Below, piece by piece: positions 11,293 to 21,741 of a stretch of 64,000 nt of DNA. The notes below the pieces were generated by a model, which was not told the origin of the DNA, searched no databases, and worked only from the letters and a program-made list of their open reading frames with translations. The stretch is taken from the NCBI GenBank assembly GCA_963733195.1, contig CAVTCR010000073.1:190840-254839 (forward strand). Direction: 5' to 3'. The stretch comes from an uncultured delta proteobacterium. GTDB taxonomy: Bacteria; Desulfobacterota; Binatia; Bin18. Each line of letters begins with the position of its first letter. The first letter of the stretch is position 1. A program made the translations under genes and the position numbers.

Positions 11293-12672
11293 GTGGATCG
11301 CTTCACAAGTGTCTCACCCAGCTAAACCGTTAGTGGCCGCCCTGTATAAGTCCACTTGAATGGTTTCGCGAGTGTCGCATTGAAGTATGCGATGAACTCC
11401 AGAATTCTCTGGCGCAGTTCGGCCGTTGATTTGCATGATGCGCGTTTGAGTAAACGACGCACCAGAATGCTGAACCACAGTTCGATCTGATTGAGCCACG
11501 AGCAATGCTTGGGCGTGTAGACAAACCGGAGGCGATGTTCCGTGCAGAAAAGAAACTCGGCGCGAGTGGGCATGGATTTCAGGATGCCGGCTTTGCCTTT
11601 CTCCCCCAGATCGCCCGTCTCACCGATGGTGTTCGCAACCCATTGGACCAGCGATTCCGATTGATGGGTGTTGAGTTGATCGGTGATGAAGATCCATCGA
11701 TCATCCGGAGCGGTCGCGACTGTCCGTGCAATATGGGCAACGAAGTCTTGTTCCGTGCGCGTCGCACCAAGGCTGGGAGCGAGCTGTTTTCCGGTCGCCA
11801 CCTCGAAATTGGCAGTCAGGCATTGCGTGCCGTGACGAACGTATTCGTATTCCTGCCGTTCGGTCTTGCCCGCTTGGCCGGCGACGCCCGGGTGCATCGG
11901 CTTTGTGGGCGCGGCGCGTTCAAGTGCTTGAATCCCAGTCTTTTCGTCTGTGCTCACGAGATGAACGCCTTGGGCATGCAGAGCGGCAGCCTGGTGGGAA
12001 AGCTCGCACACTGTTTTGACTTGCTCGCGAAACTCTTCCGTGTTTCGGTCCGGTGCGTTGAGCCAGTACTCAATCCGATGCGGTTTGAGATCGGCCTGAT
12101 TTTAAAAAACGCTCGACACTTGACGGGGAGATGCTTGCGACGAGTTTGCGTTTGATAACCTCGTCGGCCAACTCCGCTGGCGTCCAGTGACTGATGGGGC
12201 GCTCGCTCTTGGCCGGTTCTTCGCACGCGACCGCGATGATCTGCACGATCTGCTCAGCCGTGAAGGTCGGTGGCGTTCCACTCCGCGGCAGATCACTCAA
12301 GCCAGTCAGGACCAAGGCACGCAAATCTTCGTCGCTGATCTCGGCGGCTTCGGCGCTTGTCAGTTTCGGGCTCACCTCGATCCAGCGTGCGCGCCAATAA
12401 CGAACGGTTCCGCGATCCAGATTTTGCGTGCGCACCAATTCGTGATTGCCGGCTCCATCGGACATCGCCAGAATCAACGAGGCGCGAACAACCAACCGGT
12501 ATTCCGTGCTGCGTTGCCGAGCCATTTCTTCAATGATCTTCCGAACTCTTGCGGTGAGTTCGATCTTCGGAGCGGCTCTATACGGCATCTGTTACTCCTG
12601 ATAGAGGGATAACTTCCTGCCGCAATTTTATCACCCTTCAATATTGGGTGGAGAATTTTTAGAAGGCTCCAC
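11293..12672 (-). mobile_element. IS630-family insertion sequence (1380 bp)
   Basis: TA duplication at 11291-11292 and 12673-12674; imperfect 28-bp terminal inverted repeats GTGGA...CACCCA. Confidence 0.92.
11322..12588 (-). CDS. IS630 transposase (HTH ORF plus DDE ORF, joined by a -1 frameshift at TTTTTTAAAA near 12100-12109)
   Basis: After the shift it reads QADLKPHRIEYWLN; STDEKTGIQA, YEYVRHGT, DQLNTH, TPKHCSWLNQIE.WFS. Confidence 0.92.
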
Positions 12673-12789
12673 TAGTGGCGTGTTTGCCAGCTCCGTTGGA
12701 GCGGCGACCTCAGAATATGGATGAACGTGCGGTGGACATCGTTGAGCGTATGCGGGATATGGGGTGGTAATTTAGTAGAAGGAGAGCCT

Positions 12790-13863
12790 ATGAAACTCGG
12801 ACTTATCTTTCCTGGCGGTGGCATGAAAATCCGCGATATGGTCACGATCGGTAAAGAAGCCAGAAGGTGCGGGGTTTGATTCACTCTATGTCACCGAGGC
12901 CTGGCGTAGTGGATTCGTGCCATTGACAGCTCTTGCGATGGCCACACAGCGTGTGCGCCTTGGGCCGTATGTCCTAAACGCGTATCGGGCGCAGCCCGTT
13001 GCTTACCGGGATGAGTGCAATTGATCTCGATGAACTCTCGGGCGGACGGCTCTTACTTGGCGTTGGGAGTGGGAATCGCCATATCAATGAGGATTGGCAA
13101 GGCGTACCCCACGTCGAGCCGTACCAAAAGATGAAAGAGTACATTGAATGTCTCAAACAGATCGTGCGGACCCGTATTGGTACACCAATGACATACGAGG
13201 GCAAGATTCATCGTATGCGTTGGACGCCTGCGGTTGATCCGTTGCGGGAGAGTATCCCCATTTATCTGTCGGCTATCTTCCCCCGTATGATCAAGGTTGC
13301 GGGACAGGTAGCGGACGGTGTCGCGATTGGTGCGATGGGTTCAGCGGAGTACCTTCACACGGTTCTGCAGCCGCGCGTGCGAGAAGCTGCTACTCAGGCC
13401 GGTCGTGACCCACAGTCCCTGGGATATGTCATGGCAATCTTTGTCTCAGTCGAGTGATGAACGCGAACAAGCTCGGCAAGCCGCGCGCGAAGCGATTTGT
13501 CGCTTGTTCTCACCTTTGCCACATCCATACTACGACTTCCTGTTGCGTGAGCAAGGGTTTTCTGCGGCTGCCGATGCGGCCCAGAAACTGGTGCCTGCGG
13601 GTAAACTCAAGCAGGCGGCAGACACTATTCCAGACGAAGCGATCGACCGTCTGACCATTGCCGGAACCCCGGCAGAATGTCGCAAACGCATCGCGCAATA
13701 CGAAGGTATTGTCGAAGAGGTGATCTGCGTGAACGTTTCTTATGCAACTCCGCAAATGTCTGACCCGCTCGGATCGTATCGCAGCATTATCAATCTGCGG
13801 TGGGCCAAGGTCAATGGTTTCCTCTCTCCGCGAGAGAGAGGAAAGCCTGGGGGACATTCGTAA
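12790..13863 (+). CDS. LLM-class flavin-dependent oxidoreductase with several frameshifts
   Basis: GGAGAG SD and ATG 12790 (MKLGLIFP); LDELSGGRLLLGVGSG, IPIYL.A..PRM...AGQVADG, IAGTPAEC spread over several frames. Confidence 0.78.
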
Positions 13864-15349
13864 AGAGCGCAAAGAACCGTTCTTGTACTCTTTGCTGTTC
13901 TGCTTCATTTGGTTGTCTGACCAGTGTGACCGTGACGGAGACGAGTCCATTCAACACAAACGAGGCCAATCCTGCATCGAGTACACCGATGTGATTCCAG
14001 CCTGTGAGTACCATTCCTAGGAGGCTTAGCGTACCGGCTGCGAGTCCTGAGAGTGCAGCCGCGCGTGTGAATCGCGGCCAGTACAACCCCAATATCATGG
14101 GTAAATAGAGCTGCATCAAAAACTCAAATTTGATGACGGTTAGTTGCCACAGAGTGGTAATAGGATGCAGCGAAAGGAGAGTGACAACCACAAGGATGGC
14201 AGCCGTGAACACTCGTCCGACCGTCGCGATCTCATTCTCGCTGGCATGTGGCCTCACAAACTGTCGATATAAGTCATGTGTGACCATTGAAGACAGTGTC
14301 AACAACACTCCTGCGGCGGTCGACATAATGGCTGCTGCGGCGCCCAAAAAGACGAGAATTACAATCCAGTAGGCACTCTCTGCTCGCTGACCAAGTAGTA
14401 GGGCGAGGACTTGGTCTGCCTCAATCGTTTTGAGGTCCTGTAAGCGAATAATTCCTACCAAGCCGATCAAAACGACGGCGAGCATGACAATGAAATAATT
14501 GGGAATCATCATCGCTAATCCGTGCCGCAGCGCTTTCTCGCTCTTGGCGGCGTAGACACTCTGAATGATTTGGGGGTACATCGACCCGCCCATGCCGAAC
14601 ACTAAGGCAAGGAGGAGGTAGGATCGTGTGAGTGTTTCGAGTGAACCTGGAACAGCGACTTTTTCTGGAGCGATCGTCACTGCTCGTTGAATAACGGTTG
14701 CTAAACCACCTTCCCAATGCACGAGGACAACAGCAGCAACGACAATGGCAAGCCAGAGTAGTGCGCCTTGCAATACTTCAGCCCAGACGACACCACGCCA
14801 GCCACTGAGCAGGACATAAATGAGCATGCCGGCGAAGATGTAAATCACTCCAGTGGCGAACGAATAGCGTCCGCCTGTGAAGCCAACAAACGCATGGCCC
14901 ATCGCTGCGGTTTGGATCATCAAGTAGGGAATGACGGTAATGATCAGAAACAATGCCGTCCAAAAGCGCAGCACACGACTATCGAAACGATCAGCGTAGT
15001 AATCCGATGGCGTGAGATAGTCATACTTTTTCGACAAGACATAGAGGCGCGGAGCGTAGGTCAGAAAACCGAGTGAGATTGCGATGGTAAAGGGAATCAG
15101 CGTGACAGCTATCAAACCAACTCGATACGATTGCCCTGGTAGGCCAAAAAATGTGTTGCCACTAAACTTGGTGGCGAGCATGGCGAAGAAGAGCACGAGT
15201 GCGCCGGTACTCTTGCCGCCGAGAAAATAATCTCGTGCCGTCCAGGTTTCTCCAGAGCGATAGGCAAAGTAGCCGATGAAGATGTTACTCAGTAGGTACA
15301 GAGAGAGAATGAGCAGAGCATCAAAGCCGAGTCCAGCGGAAGGTGACAT
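13811..15349 (-). CDS. Sodium:solute symporter family protein
   Basis: DYFLGGKS, SGNTFFG.PG, AAIMSTA; about 13 TM segments. Confidence 0.92.
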   Translation of the reverse strand: MSPSAGLGFDALLILSLYLLSNIFIGYFAYRSGETWTARDYFLGGKSTGALVLFFAMLATKFSGNTFFGLPGQSYRVGLIAVTLIPFTIAISLGFLTYAPRLYVLSKKYDYLTPSDYYADRFDSRVLRFWTALFLIITVIPYLMIQTAAMGHAFVGFTGGRYSFATGVIYIFAGMLIYVLLSGWRGVVWAEVLQGALLWLAIVVAAVVLVHWEGGLATVIQRAVTIAPEKVAVPGSLETLTRSYLLLALVFGMGGSMYPQIIQSVYAAKSEKALRHGLAMMIPNYFIVMLAVVLIGLVGIIRLQDLKTIEADQVLALLLGQRAESAYWIVILVFLGAAAAIMSTAAGVLLTLSSMVTHDLYRQFVRPHASENEIATVGRVFTAAILVVVTLLSLHPITTLWQLTVIKFEFLMQLYLPMILGLYWPRFTRAAALSGLAAGTLSLLGMVLTGWNHIGVLDAGLASFVLNGLVSVTVTLVRQPNEAEQQRVQERFFALFTNVPQAFLSLAERGNH

Positions 15350-15440
15350 ATTTGGAATAGTGAAGGGTTAAGAAGGAGGAGTGAAGAATGGGAGGTAGTG
15401 CGTGTTGCGTGAAACTTTGAGCTTTAAACTTTAAACGTAA

Positions 15441-15677
15441 TTAGCCCTCTTCCTCTCCTAAGGTTGTTGCCGCCAGTCGCCACTGCCGCAACACGATATA
15501 CACAGTAAATGCGGTAAGCGCGAGGGCCGCGATGAGAACAGTGAGAAACCACAACGGAACGCCAAACACCAAAGGTTCATACGTGCCGATAAAGAAGTAC
15601 GGAACACAGAAGAAGATCAGCAGAAAAACGATCGTCCAAATCCACAGTTGGGCGGGCTCTTTAGGCGGCATTATCAT
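15441..15677 (-). CDS. Small two-TM protein accompanying the SSS transporter (DUF3311/DUF997-like)
   Basis: P.VFGVPLWF motif; lies directly upstream of the symporter. Confidence 0.75.
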   Translation of the reverse strand: MIMPPKEPAQLWIWTIVFLLIFFCVPYFFIGTYEPLVFGVPLWFLTVLIAALALTAFTVYIVLRQWRLAATTLGEEEG

Positions 15678-15710
15678 TTTTTGCGCTCAGAAATTTGGTG
15701 GTTGCGCGTG

Positions 15711-16559
15711 TTACGGCGGGGATTCTTCCCCAACTTTTGGCTCGTTCTTCACGGTTGTCTTTTTTACTGGCGGAGCCTTTGCTTTCGTCATGTCCTGCTT
15801 TGCCTTCTGCGGGTCTTTTGTGGATTCTTTAGTCACAACCTTCTTTGCCACTTTTGCTTCGCGCAACCCCCATTGCCCAGTATCGTAGAAGAGATCAGCG
15901 GTGACCTTGTTTTCTTCATTGATGCGCAAGCTGCGAATGAAATCGTTGCTCTCTTGCGCGAGCGTTTTTGGCCAGGTGGCTTTTGGATCGTCTTCTTTGG
16001 GGAAAATAATCCGGAAATGCACCCGTAGTGCAGCTGTGACACCGAAGCGGTCTACCACTGTATACGGTGGATTGGCCTCGTGAACATGAGAGACAACCGT
16101 ACGCCACAAATCGCCATCAGCCTGATCAGCAACAACAGTACCAGCCGGATACTTCCGTGGCAGTTTACTGTTGCTGAAATCGGTAAGAGACAATTTATCC
16201 GCATTCGGCTCTGCAACCACAATAGCACTAGTCGTGCGAGAAGCGTTATCGGAAGAAGGAAGAGGAATCACAAACTGTAGAGCTTCTAGCTTACCACGGC
16301 TAGATGTTTGCGGCTTTGCCCAGCGCCGCGGCGCGCTGTAGCTAATCTTGCTTCCGAGAAGTGCGAGTTTCGGTTTTTTGCCTTGGTCAGGTTTCTTTAC
16401 GCGCTCTGATTTTTTCTTCGCTCCAGCCTCTGTCTCGCTTTGAACAGCATTGTTTTCATTCGTGCTCGTCTGTGCAAATACCAACGTAGTCAGAAGACTA
16501 GCAGCGATAAGAATGACACTGAACAACAAACGCGGATGCAAAAAGACTGTACGGTGCAT
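15711..16559 (-). CDS. Hypothetical exported protein
   Basis: Signal-peptide-like N-terminus, Lys-rich ends, 282 aa. Confidence 0.7.
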   Translation of the reverse strand: MHRTVFLHPRLLFSVILIAASLLTTLVFAQTSTNENNAVQSETEAGAKKKSERVKKPDQGKKPKLALLGSKISYSAPRRWAKPQTSSRGKLEALQFVIPLPSSDNASRTTSAIVVAEPNADKLSLTDFSNSKLPRKYPAGTVVADQADGDLWRTVVSHVHEANPPYTVVDRFGVTAALRVHFRIIFPKEDDPKATWPKTLAQESNDFIRSLRINEENKVTADLFYDTGQWGLREAKVAKKVVTKESTKDPQKAKQDMTKAKAPPVKKTTVKNEPKVGEESPP

Positions 16560-16753
16560 AGAGTCTCATACTTAGCAGACTGCGACCTGTTCTTTAAGGG
16601 GCAATGAATCTCTCCTAGATTCCCGCTCCTGGTAGAACTTGGGACAGCCTGTACGGGAATGGTGAAACCTCCCTGCTGTCATTCTCGCGAGCGACGCAAG
16701 ACCCGGAATCCAGAAGGCTCTCGTTAGTGCTCCACAGTTACCACGCTTAGCAT

Positions 16754-18223
16754 CTAAGCATTGGCATCTCCCATACCGTTGCCCTCCTTAAGAAACTTCT
16801 GCACCTGCGACTCAACGGCGGTCCCTTTGAAGAAGTTCGGGTTCATGCTGGTCCACAAGCGAATCGGATTGGCGAAAACAAAATCACGGAAATCTTCTTC
16901 AGTAAGGATGCCGTCTTCGACTCCCTCGTATGCTTCAGGGAGAACGTGTGTCATATCCGGCACGTCGAAATGGCCAATGTCGGAACCAAAAATTGCGTTG
17001 ATCCGTGCACCGTATGGATTCACATTACTCTTGAACGCCCAAGCATTCGCCGGATCATCGGCTTCACAGCCAAAATAAAAATGAGGCACAAACAGATCGC
17101 GAATGTCAGATGCTTGTTTGATGCCACAGGCTTCGAAGTCATCGAGTTGTTCAGGGCGCTCCATTAACAAACCGATGCCAGGCGCAAGCTGGTCAATCAC
17201 GTTGAGAAACGCTTTGGAGCCGTAGCGTTGCACGTAATCAACCAACATCTCACGATTGAGGTTAGCAGGATTCACTTCATCCAGCGCATCGGCATTACGT
17301 TTCTTCCAATGGCCGATGAGATCGCTATACAGACTGCACGCCCAACCCACACCGCCTTCGAGGAAGGTAAATTTCAGTTTAGGGAACCGGCGAGTAACAC
17401 CGCCAATAAATAGGGCTTTACACACTGCCTCTCCCGCCTGTCCGAAATGGCCGATGTGGTTGTAGACGAAATTAGAAATCGAGGTCCGTAGCCCAATGCC
17501 TGACGATGCGGAATGAAAGGCTGGGGAGACCCCAAGCTCTACGCATTTAGCCCACACGGGGTCGTAGTCATATTCACTGTCCAACCCAAGCACATCGTGC
17601 CAGATGGCGTACCGGCTCGCGTCTGGAGTTGCTTTGGCAACCGCCGCTACAGGACGCCGCACAAGACTGCTCAGCATGACAATTTTGAATCCGAGCGTTT
17701 TGACTGCAAATTCGAGTTCCTCAAGCGCTTCTTGCGGAGTGTACATCGGTACGACAGCTGCTGGAGCGAGACGATCGCCTAACCCAGCGAACTGATCTGC
17801 AGTATACATATTGAATGCACGACAGGCCGCGCGCCGCACTTCTTCATCGCGTAGAAACGGAGCAAAGAGTGCACCCGAGGTTGGGTAGATGGCAGAAAAA
17901 TCGAATCCCAGTTCTCCCATACGTTCATGCAAAAGTTTAGGGAGCATGGCTGTCGCACGGTCACGCGTGTTCTTGGTCGGTACACCCCACCAGCCTGGTT
18001 GCAACATGCGACGCTCGCGTCGTTCTGGTGCCGGTGTCTGTGCCCATTTTTTATTGCCAAATTGGTTAGCGACCTTCTTGTAACGTTCGACGATCTTGTC
18101 GCCACCGACTTTGTGAAGATATTCCATTGCCGCTGGTTCAAACTCGATCCAGTGACCATCGGCATCAAGCACTGGGTGTGCGAGGCGTGCGTGAATCGCT
18201 TCGGCGGTGTGATGTGCTGACAT
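16754..18223 (-). CDS. Amidohydrolase family protein (Amidohydro_2)
   Basis: DADGH, FLEGGVGW, GCEADD, FGSDIGHFD. Confidence 0.9.
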   Translation of the reverse strand: MSAHHTAEAIHARLAHPVLDADGHWIEFEPAAMEYLHKVGGDKIVERYKKVANQFGNKKWAQTPAPERRERRMLQPGWWGVPTKNTRDRATAMLPKLLHERMGELGFDFSAIYPTSGALFAPFLRDEEVRRAACRAFNMYTADQFAGLGDRLAPAAVVPMYTPQEALEELEFAVKTLGFKIVMLSSLVRRPVAAVAKATPDASRYAIWHDVLGLDSEYDYDPVWAKCVELGVSPAFHSASSGIGLRTSISNFVYNHIGHFGQAGEAVCKALFIGGVTRRFPKLKFTFLEGGVGWACSLYSDLIGHWKKRNADALDEVNPANLNREMLVDYVQRYGSKAFLNVIDQLAPGIGLLMERPEQLDDFEACGIKQASDIRDLFVPHFYFGCEADDPANAWAFKSNVNPYGARINAIFGSDIGHFDVPDMTHVLPEAYEGVEDGILTEEDFRDFVFANPIRLWTSMNPNFFKGTAVESQVQKFLKEGNGMGDANA

Positions 18224-18573
18224 AATTTCCCTCCGTTATCGTACTTGGATGATACGTGGAAGAATTTGCCCTGGTATGCGACAGAATGCAAGCAGAATAG
18301 TTTAGGAGTCTGGGTGTCTGGGGTCGAGAGTCAGGAAAAAGAAAACAGCGAAAGGACAGACACGAGTTTTTATCCATTTCGCCTCCCCATTTACCTTTGC
18401 CCAATGGTGTGGCTCAATCTGAGGGTCCTTCGCCCGAAGCTCAGGACAGTCTCCGTAGCGACATCTCCCAAGGATTGACAACTCCCCGCCATGAACATAT
18501 TGCCTTTTCGCTCTTGACCATAGTATTTCGACAATGGTAGCGGAGAAGGACAATCCAGACGGGGAGGGGATCT

Positions 18574-19476
18574 ATGGAATTTGGCGTTGTCCTACCACAT
18601 GTTGGTCCGCAAGCACGCGAGAATGTTGTCGAACGCATTCAATCGATTTCTCGTCATGCCGAAACACTTGGATATCACTCATTATGGGTCGCAGATCACG
18701 TTGTCATTCCTACAGTGATTGAATCGAAATATCCGTATCACCCAGAAGGTAAGTTTCCCATTGATCCCGCGGACGATTTCCTCGATCCATTGACAGTCTT
18801 GGGCTATGTCGCTGCATGTACGACGCGCGTTCGTCTTGGCACCGGCGTGTTGATTATTCCGTACCGCCATCCAGTGGTGACCGCGAAGATGATCGCCACG
18901 CTTGATGTCTTATCGCGCGGACGGATTATTCTTGGTGCAGGCGTGGGATGGATGGCAGAAGAATTCGCTTATCTCGATTCACCCTATCGGCAGCGAGGGG
19001 CACGGACCGATGAATACCTTAAAGCGATGAAAGCCTTGTGGACTCAAGCCGAGCCACACTTCGAGGGCAAGTTCGTCAATTTCTCTAAACTGAAATGTGA
19101 ACCCAAACCCGTGCAGAAACCACATCCACCAATTTGGATTGGTGGGCATAGTGAAGCCGCGCTGCGACGAACGGGAACGCTAGCTGACGGGTGGTACGGC
19201 CATGTACTGTGGCGTAATCCTGATGCCTTGCCACGAGAAATTCAGACAATCAGAAAATATGCTGAAGAAGCAGGACGTGATCCAAACAAACTCACTTATG
19301 CCGCGCCATCCTACGAGCGGACGTTTGAAGATGTCCTCCGCAACCTTCCCATGTATGAGAAGGCCGGACTAGATCACGTAGTGTTAGCTTTCTTTATGTG
19401 GACACCAGGCTTTGACGAAGTGCTCACGTTGATGGAGCGATTCGCACGCGAAGCGGGGTTGAAGGCCGCAAGGTAA
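18574..19476 (+). CDS. LLM-class (F420-dependent-type) oxidoreductase
   Basis: WVADHVV, TLDVLSRGR..LGAGVGW..EEF, PKPVQKPHPPIWIGG. Confidence 0.93.
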   Translation: MEFGVVLPHVGPQARENVVERIQSISRHAETLGYHSLWVADHVVIPTVIESKYPYHPEGKFPIDPADDFLDPLTVLGYVAACTTRVRLGTGVLIIPYRHPVVTAKMIATLDVLSRGRIILGAGVGWMAEEFAYLDSPYRQRGARTDEYLKAMKALWTQAEPHFEGKFVNFSKLKCEPKPVQKPHPPIWIGGHSEAALRRTGTLADGWYGHVLWRNPDALPREIQTIRKYAEEAGRDPNKLTYAAPSYERTFEDVLRNLPMYEKAGLDHVVLAFFMWTPGFDEVLTLMERFAREAGLKAAR

Positions 19477-19585
19477 TCGCGCATGATTTGGCTAATTTCA
19501 AAAATGGTTTATTTTGCAGGTACGAGAACGTTTGCCGGCTTGCATTGGGCCAGCTAGCATGTGTTCGACATCATAAGGAAGCACC

Positions 19586-19909
19586 GTGAATCCTTGGCGA
19601 CCAGCTACCCAGCGAGAGGTCGAGCAATTGCTCGAAGAAGCGTTTGATGACCTGTATCCGCAGCATCAAATCCAGTTTAACGCAATGAGAGTTCCCATCC
19701 GACCGATATCGGTCGCAGATACTCCAGGCGAGTTTGTATTCATCGTGGCCGAGCACAACCATGCCGTTCTGTACTGGTCAGACATAGAGGCAGGCTGGGA
19801 GATTGAGCGGCTCAACGCTACGGGTGGGATCAACACCCGCGGCTCAAGCCAGTTTGAGCTCCATCATATTATGCACCAATTGTTAGGAGACCCTGAACGA
19901 CTGTCTTAA
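19586..19909 (+). CDS. Hypothetical protein
   Basis: AAGGAAG SD, GTG start, 107 aa. Confidence 0.65.
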   Translation: MNPWRPATQREVEQLLEEAFDDLYPQHQIQFNAMRVPIRPISVADTPGEFVFIVAEHNHAVLYWSDIEAGWEIERLNATGGINTRGSSQFELHHIMHQLLGDPERLS

Positions 19910-19920
19910 GTCGTAGCGCC

Positions 19921-20016
19921 GTAGGGTGGGTGAAGCGAAAGCGAAATCCGACGAAGTACCGTGGATAGAAAGGCGCGAAATCTGAGATATTCTTCCCCAG
20001 ATTGCGTCCGGGCTAC
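19921..20016. repeat. Inverted pair of GTAG-type REP-like sequences
   Basis: GTAGGGTGGGTGAAGCGAAAGCGAAATCCGAC on +; GTAGCCCGGACGCAATCTGGG on -. Confidence 0.6.
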
Positions 20017-20078
20017 AAGACCGCGACTCTAGACGGGAGCAGAAGTTCCTTCGTTATTACGCTATAATAAACGCAGCT

Positions 20079-20294
20079 ATGGAACCCACTTCTTCTCGCA
20101 AAAACATCACAAGCCGTGTGATCCGCAAAGGTGACCCTCTCCCTGAAGAACAGGAGTGGGATAGTTCGACACCAGAAGAACGGATTAATGCCGTGTGGGA
20201 GCTGACTCTTTTGTGTCTTGCCTGGCAGAGGGACCAAGCTAGTGAACCGCGACTTCAGAGATCTGTTAGCCGAATTCAACGCGCAAGGCGTTGA
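20079..20294 (+). CDS. Small hypothetical protein (W...TPEERI.AVW), partner of the downstream nucleotidyltransferase
   Basis: 71 aa, TATAAT just upstream, overlaps the next gene. Confidence 0.65.
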   Translation: MEPTSSRKNITSRVIRKGDPLPEEQEWDSSTPEERINAVWELTLLCLAWQRDQASEPRLQRSVSRIQRARR

Positions 20295-20847
20295 GTATTT
20301 GCTGGTCGGGGCGCATGCATTAGCTGCTCACGGACATGTCCGTGCCACCAAAGACCTTGATGTGTGGATCCGGCCTGACGCTGAGAATGCGAAGCGAGTC
20401 ATCACGGCGTTACTGGCGTTTGGTGCTCCTTTACATGACCTAACAGAAGCAGACCTCACGACTCCGGGTCTGATTTTCCAGATCGGAGTGCCTCCTGTGC
20501 GTATTGATGTGCTGACGGAAATTGATGGCGTGGACTTTGCGGAAGCCTGGACTGCCCGGTTACTCACACAGTTTGCCGATCAACCTATCTCAGTCTTGTC
20601 GAAGGAGCATTTGATTAAGAATAAGCGTGCTGCCGGACGAATGCAGGATCTCGCCGATGTCGAAAGATTGGAGCCTAAAAGCAAAAAACCTCGACAAGGT
20701 AACGGTAAGAGGAGGGGGAACCGCTGTTCAACAAAGGCTCGCTATTTTTTTATCGCCTCACGTGAGAAACTCTTCGCCAAAGGGCACGTACGGCTCGTTC
20801 ATCGCCAGGCTGAGCATCAATCGCATCCGTGCCTTGCGAGGAGATAG
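20242..20847 (+). CDS. Nucleotidyltransferase-fold protein (DUF6036-like); 3' end uncertain
   Basis: YLLVGAHALAAHG..RATKDLD.W, IDVLTEIDGVDF, NKRAAGR.QDLAD. Confidence 0.82.
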   Translation: MNRDFRDLLAEFNAQGVEYLLVGAHALAAHGHVRATKDLDVWIRPDAENAKRVITALLAFGAPLHDLTEADLTTPGLIFQIGVPPVRIDVLTEIDGVDFAEAWTARLLTQFADQPISVLSKEHLIKNKRAAGRMQDLADVERLEPKSKKPRQGNGKRRGNRCSTKARYFFIASREKLFAKGHVRLVHRQAEHQSHPCLARR

Positions 20848-21738
20848 CCAGTTCTCAATCCTCACGCCTGCGTTCCGCAAGTCATCGTAGGCATGCGGAT
20901 AATAATATTCCTCTGCTGTCCAACCACTTGTCGCGCTTGAGCACAGGACGATCGGCAAACCTTGCTCAGCAAGCCGCAGAATTCGTTTTCTCGCTGCAGG
21001 CGGCACACTTCCCGTTGCCATTCCCGCAATGATGAGTCCTTGCATTGACACAATAGAGTTCGCGTCAAGCATACAACCGTCATCAGCAACCCCCATCATG
21101 AGGATGGGAATGGACGGTGGGAGCGATACCGGAATCTTCCCGATCCGTGTCCGTGGGACTGGCTGCCAGGTAAAACTCACTCGATCTCCGGTAATACACC
21201 CGTACGGTGCTCCACGACGTGCAACAAATGCGTCTCTTGCCCCAGTGTCACTCTTGTACGCACTCCAGGCTTCAAAGATGGCATCGTTCATGGTTACCAA
21301 CACTCCGTATTCACGCGGGATCGTCGTGGCAACGCGAAAAGCATTTTCCAGATTCTTGATGCCGTCATAGTCAACTGCCCAACTTGGACGCATCGCACCG
21401 GTGAACACAACAGGGATGGGAGCGGAAATCATTTCGTCGATGCAGTAGGCAACTTCCTCTAAAGTATCCGTCCCATGCGTGACAACAATGCCATCGACCT
21501 GGCTGCCCGCCTCTTCCCGGACGCAGCGAGCCAAGGAGAGGAGATGATCTCCCATCTCGGTGTCCCAGGTTAGGTCGATCACGCGTACTGTGAGGGTTGA
21601 CGCAAAAGGTGAGCGTGCTACTAACTCCGCACCTGTCAGCGCTGGAATACTCCTACCTTGCTCTACTTCGCGGACCATACTGATGGTCCCTCCTGTCGTA
21701 ACCAGTAGAATGGCAGGCGTTCGGTTGCTCGCCCTCAT
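20758..21738 (-). CDS. Asparaginase/glutaminase family protein
   Basis: TTGGTISM and VTHGTDTLEE catalytic motifs, FTGAMR. Confidence 0.9.
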   Translation of the reverse strand: MRASNRTPAILLVTTGGTISMVREVEQGRSIPALTGAELVARSPFASTLTVRVIDLTWDTEMGDHLLSLARCVREEAGSQVDGIVVTHGTDTLEEVAYCIDEMISAPIPVVFTGAMRPSWAVDYDGIKNLENAFRVATTIPREYGVLVTMNDAIFEAWSAYKSDTGARDAFVARRGAPYGCITGDRVSFTWQPVPRTRIGKIPVSLPPSIPILMMGVADDGCMLDANSIVSMQGLIIAGMATGSVPPAARKRILRLAEQGLPIVLCSSATSGWTAEEYYYPHAYDDLRNAGVRIENWLSPRKARMRLMLSLAMNEPYVPFGEEFLT

Positions 21739-21741
21739 TGG

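Larger units (their letters stand above)
10669..12770 (+). pseudogene. mtgA: Monofunctional peptidoglycan transglycosylase interrupted near its 3' end by IS630
   Basis: EDARFFDH.G, GGSTITQQLVKNLF, RILELYLN; removing the IS and one TA restores AARLVACLPAPLERRP...MRDMGW-stop (TAA 12768-12770). Confidence 0.88.

Noticed and set aside
19490-19575. Possible attC upstream of ORF 19586
   Set aside because: No matching RYYYAAC/GTTRRRY pair or dyad symmetry.
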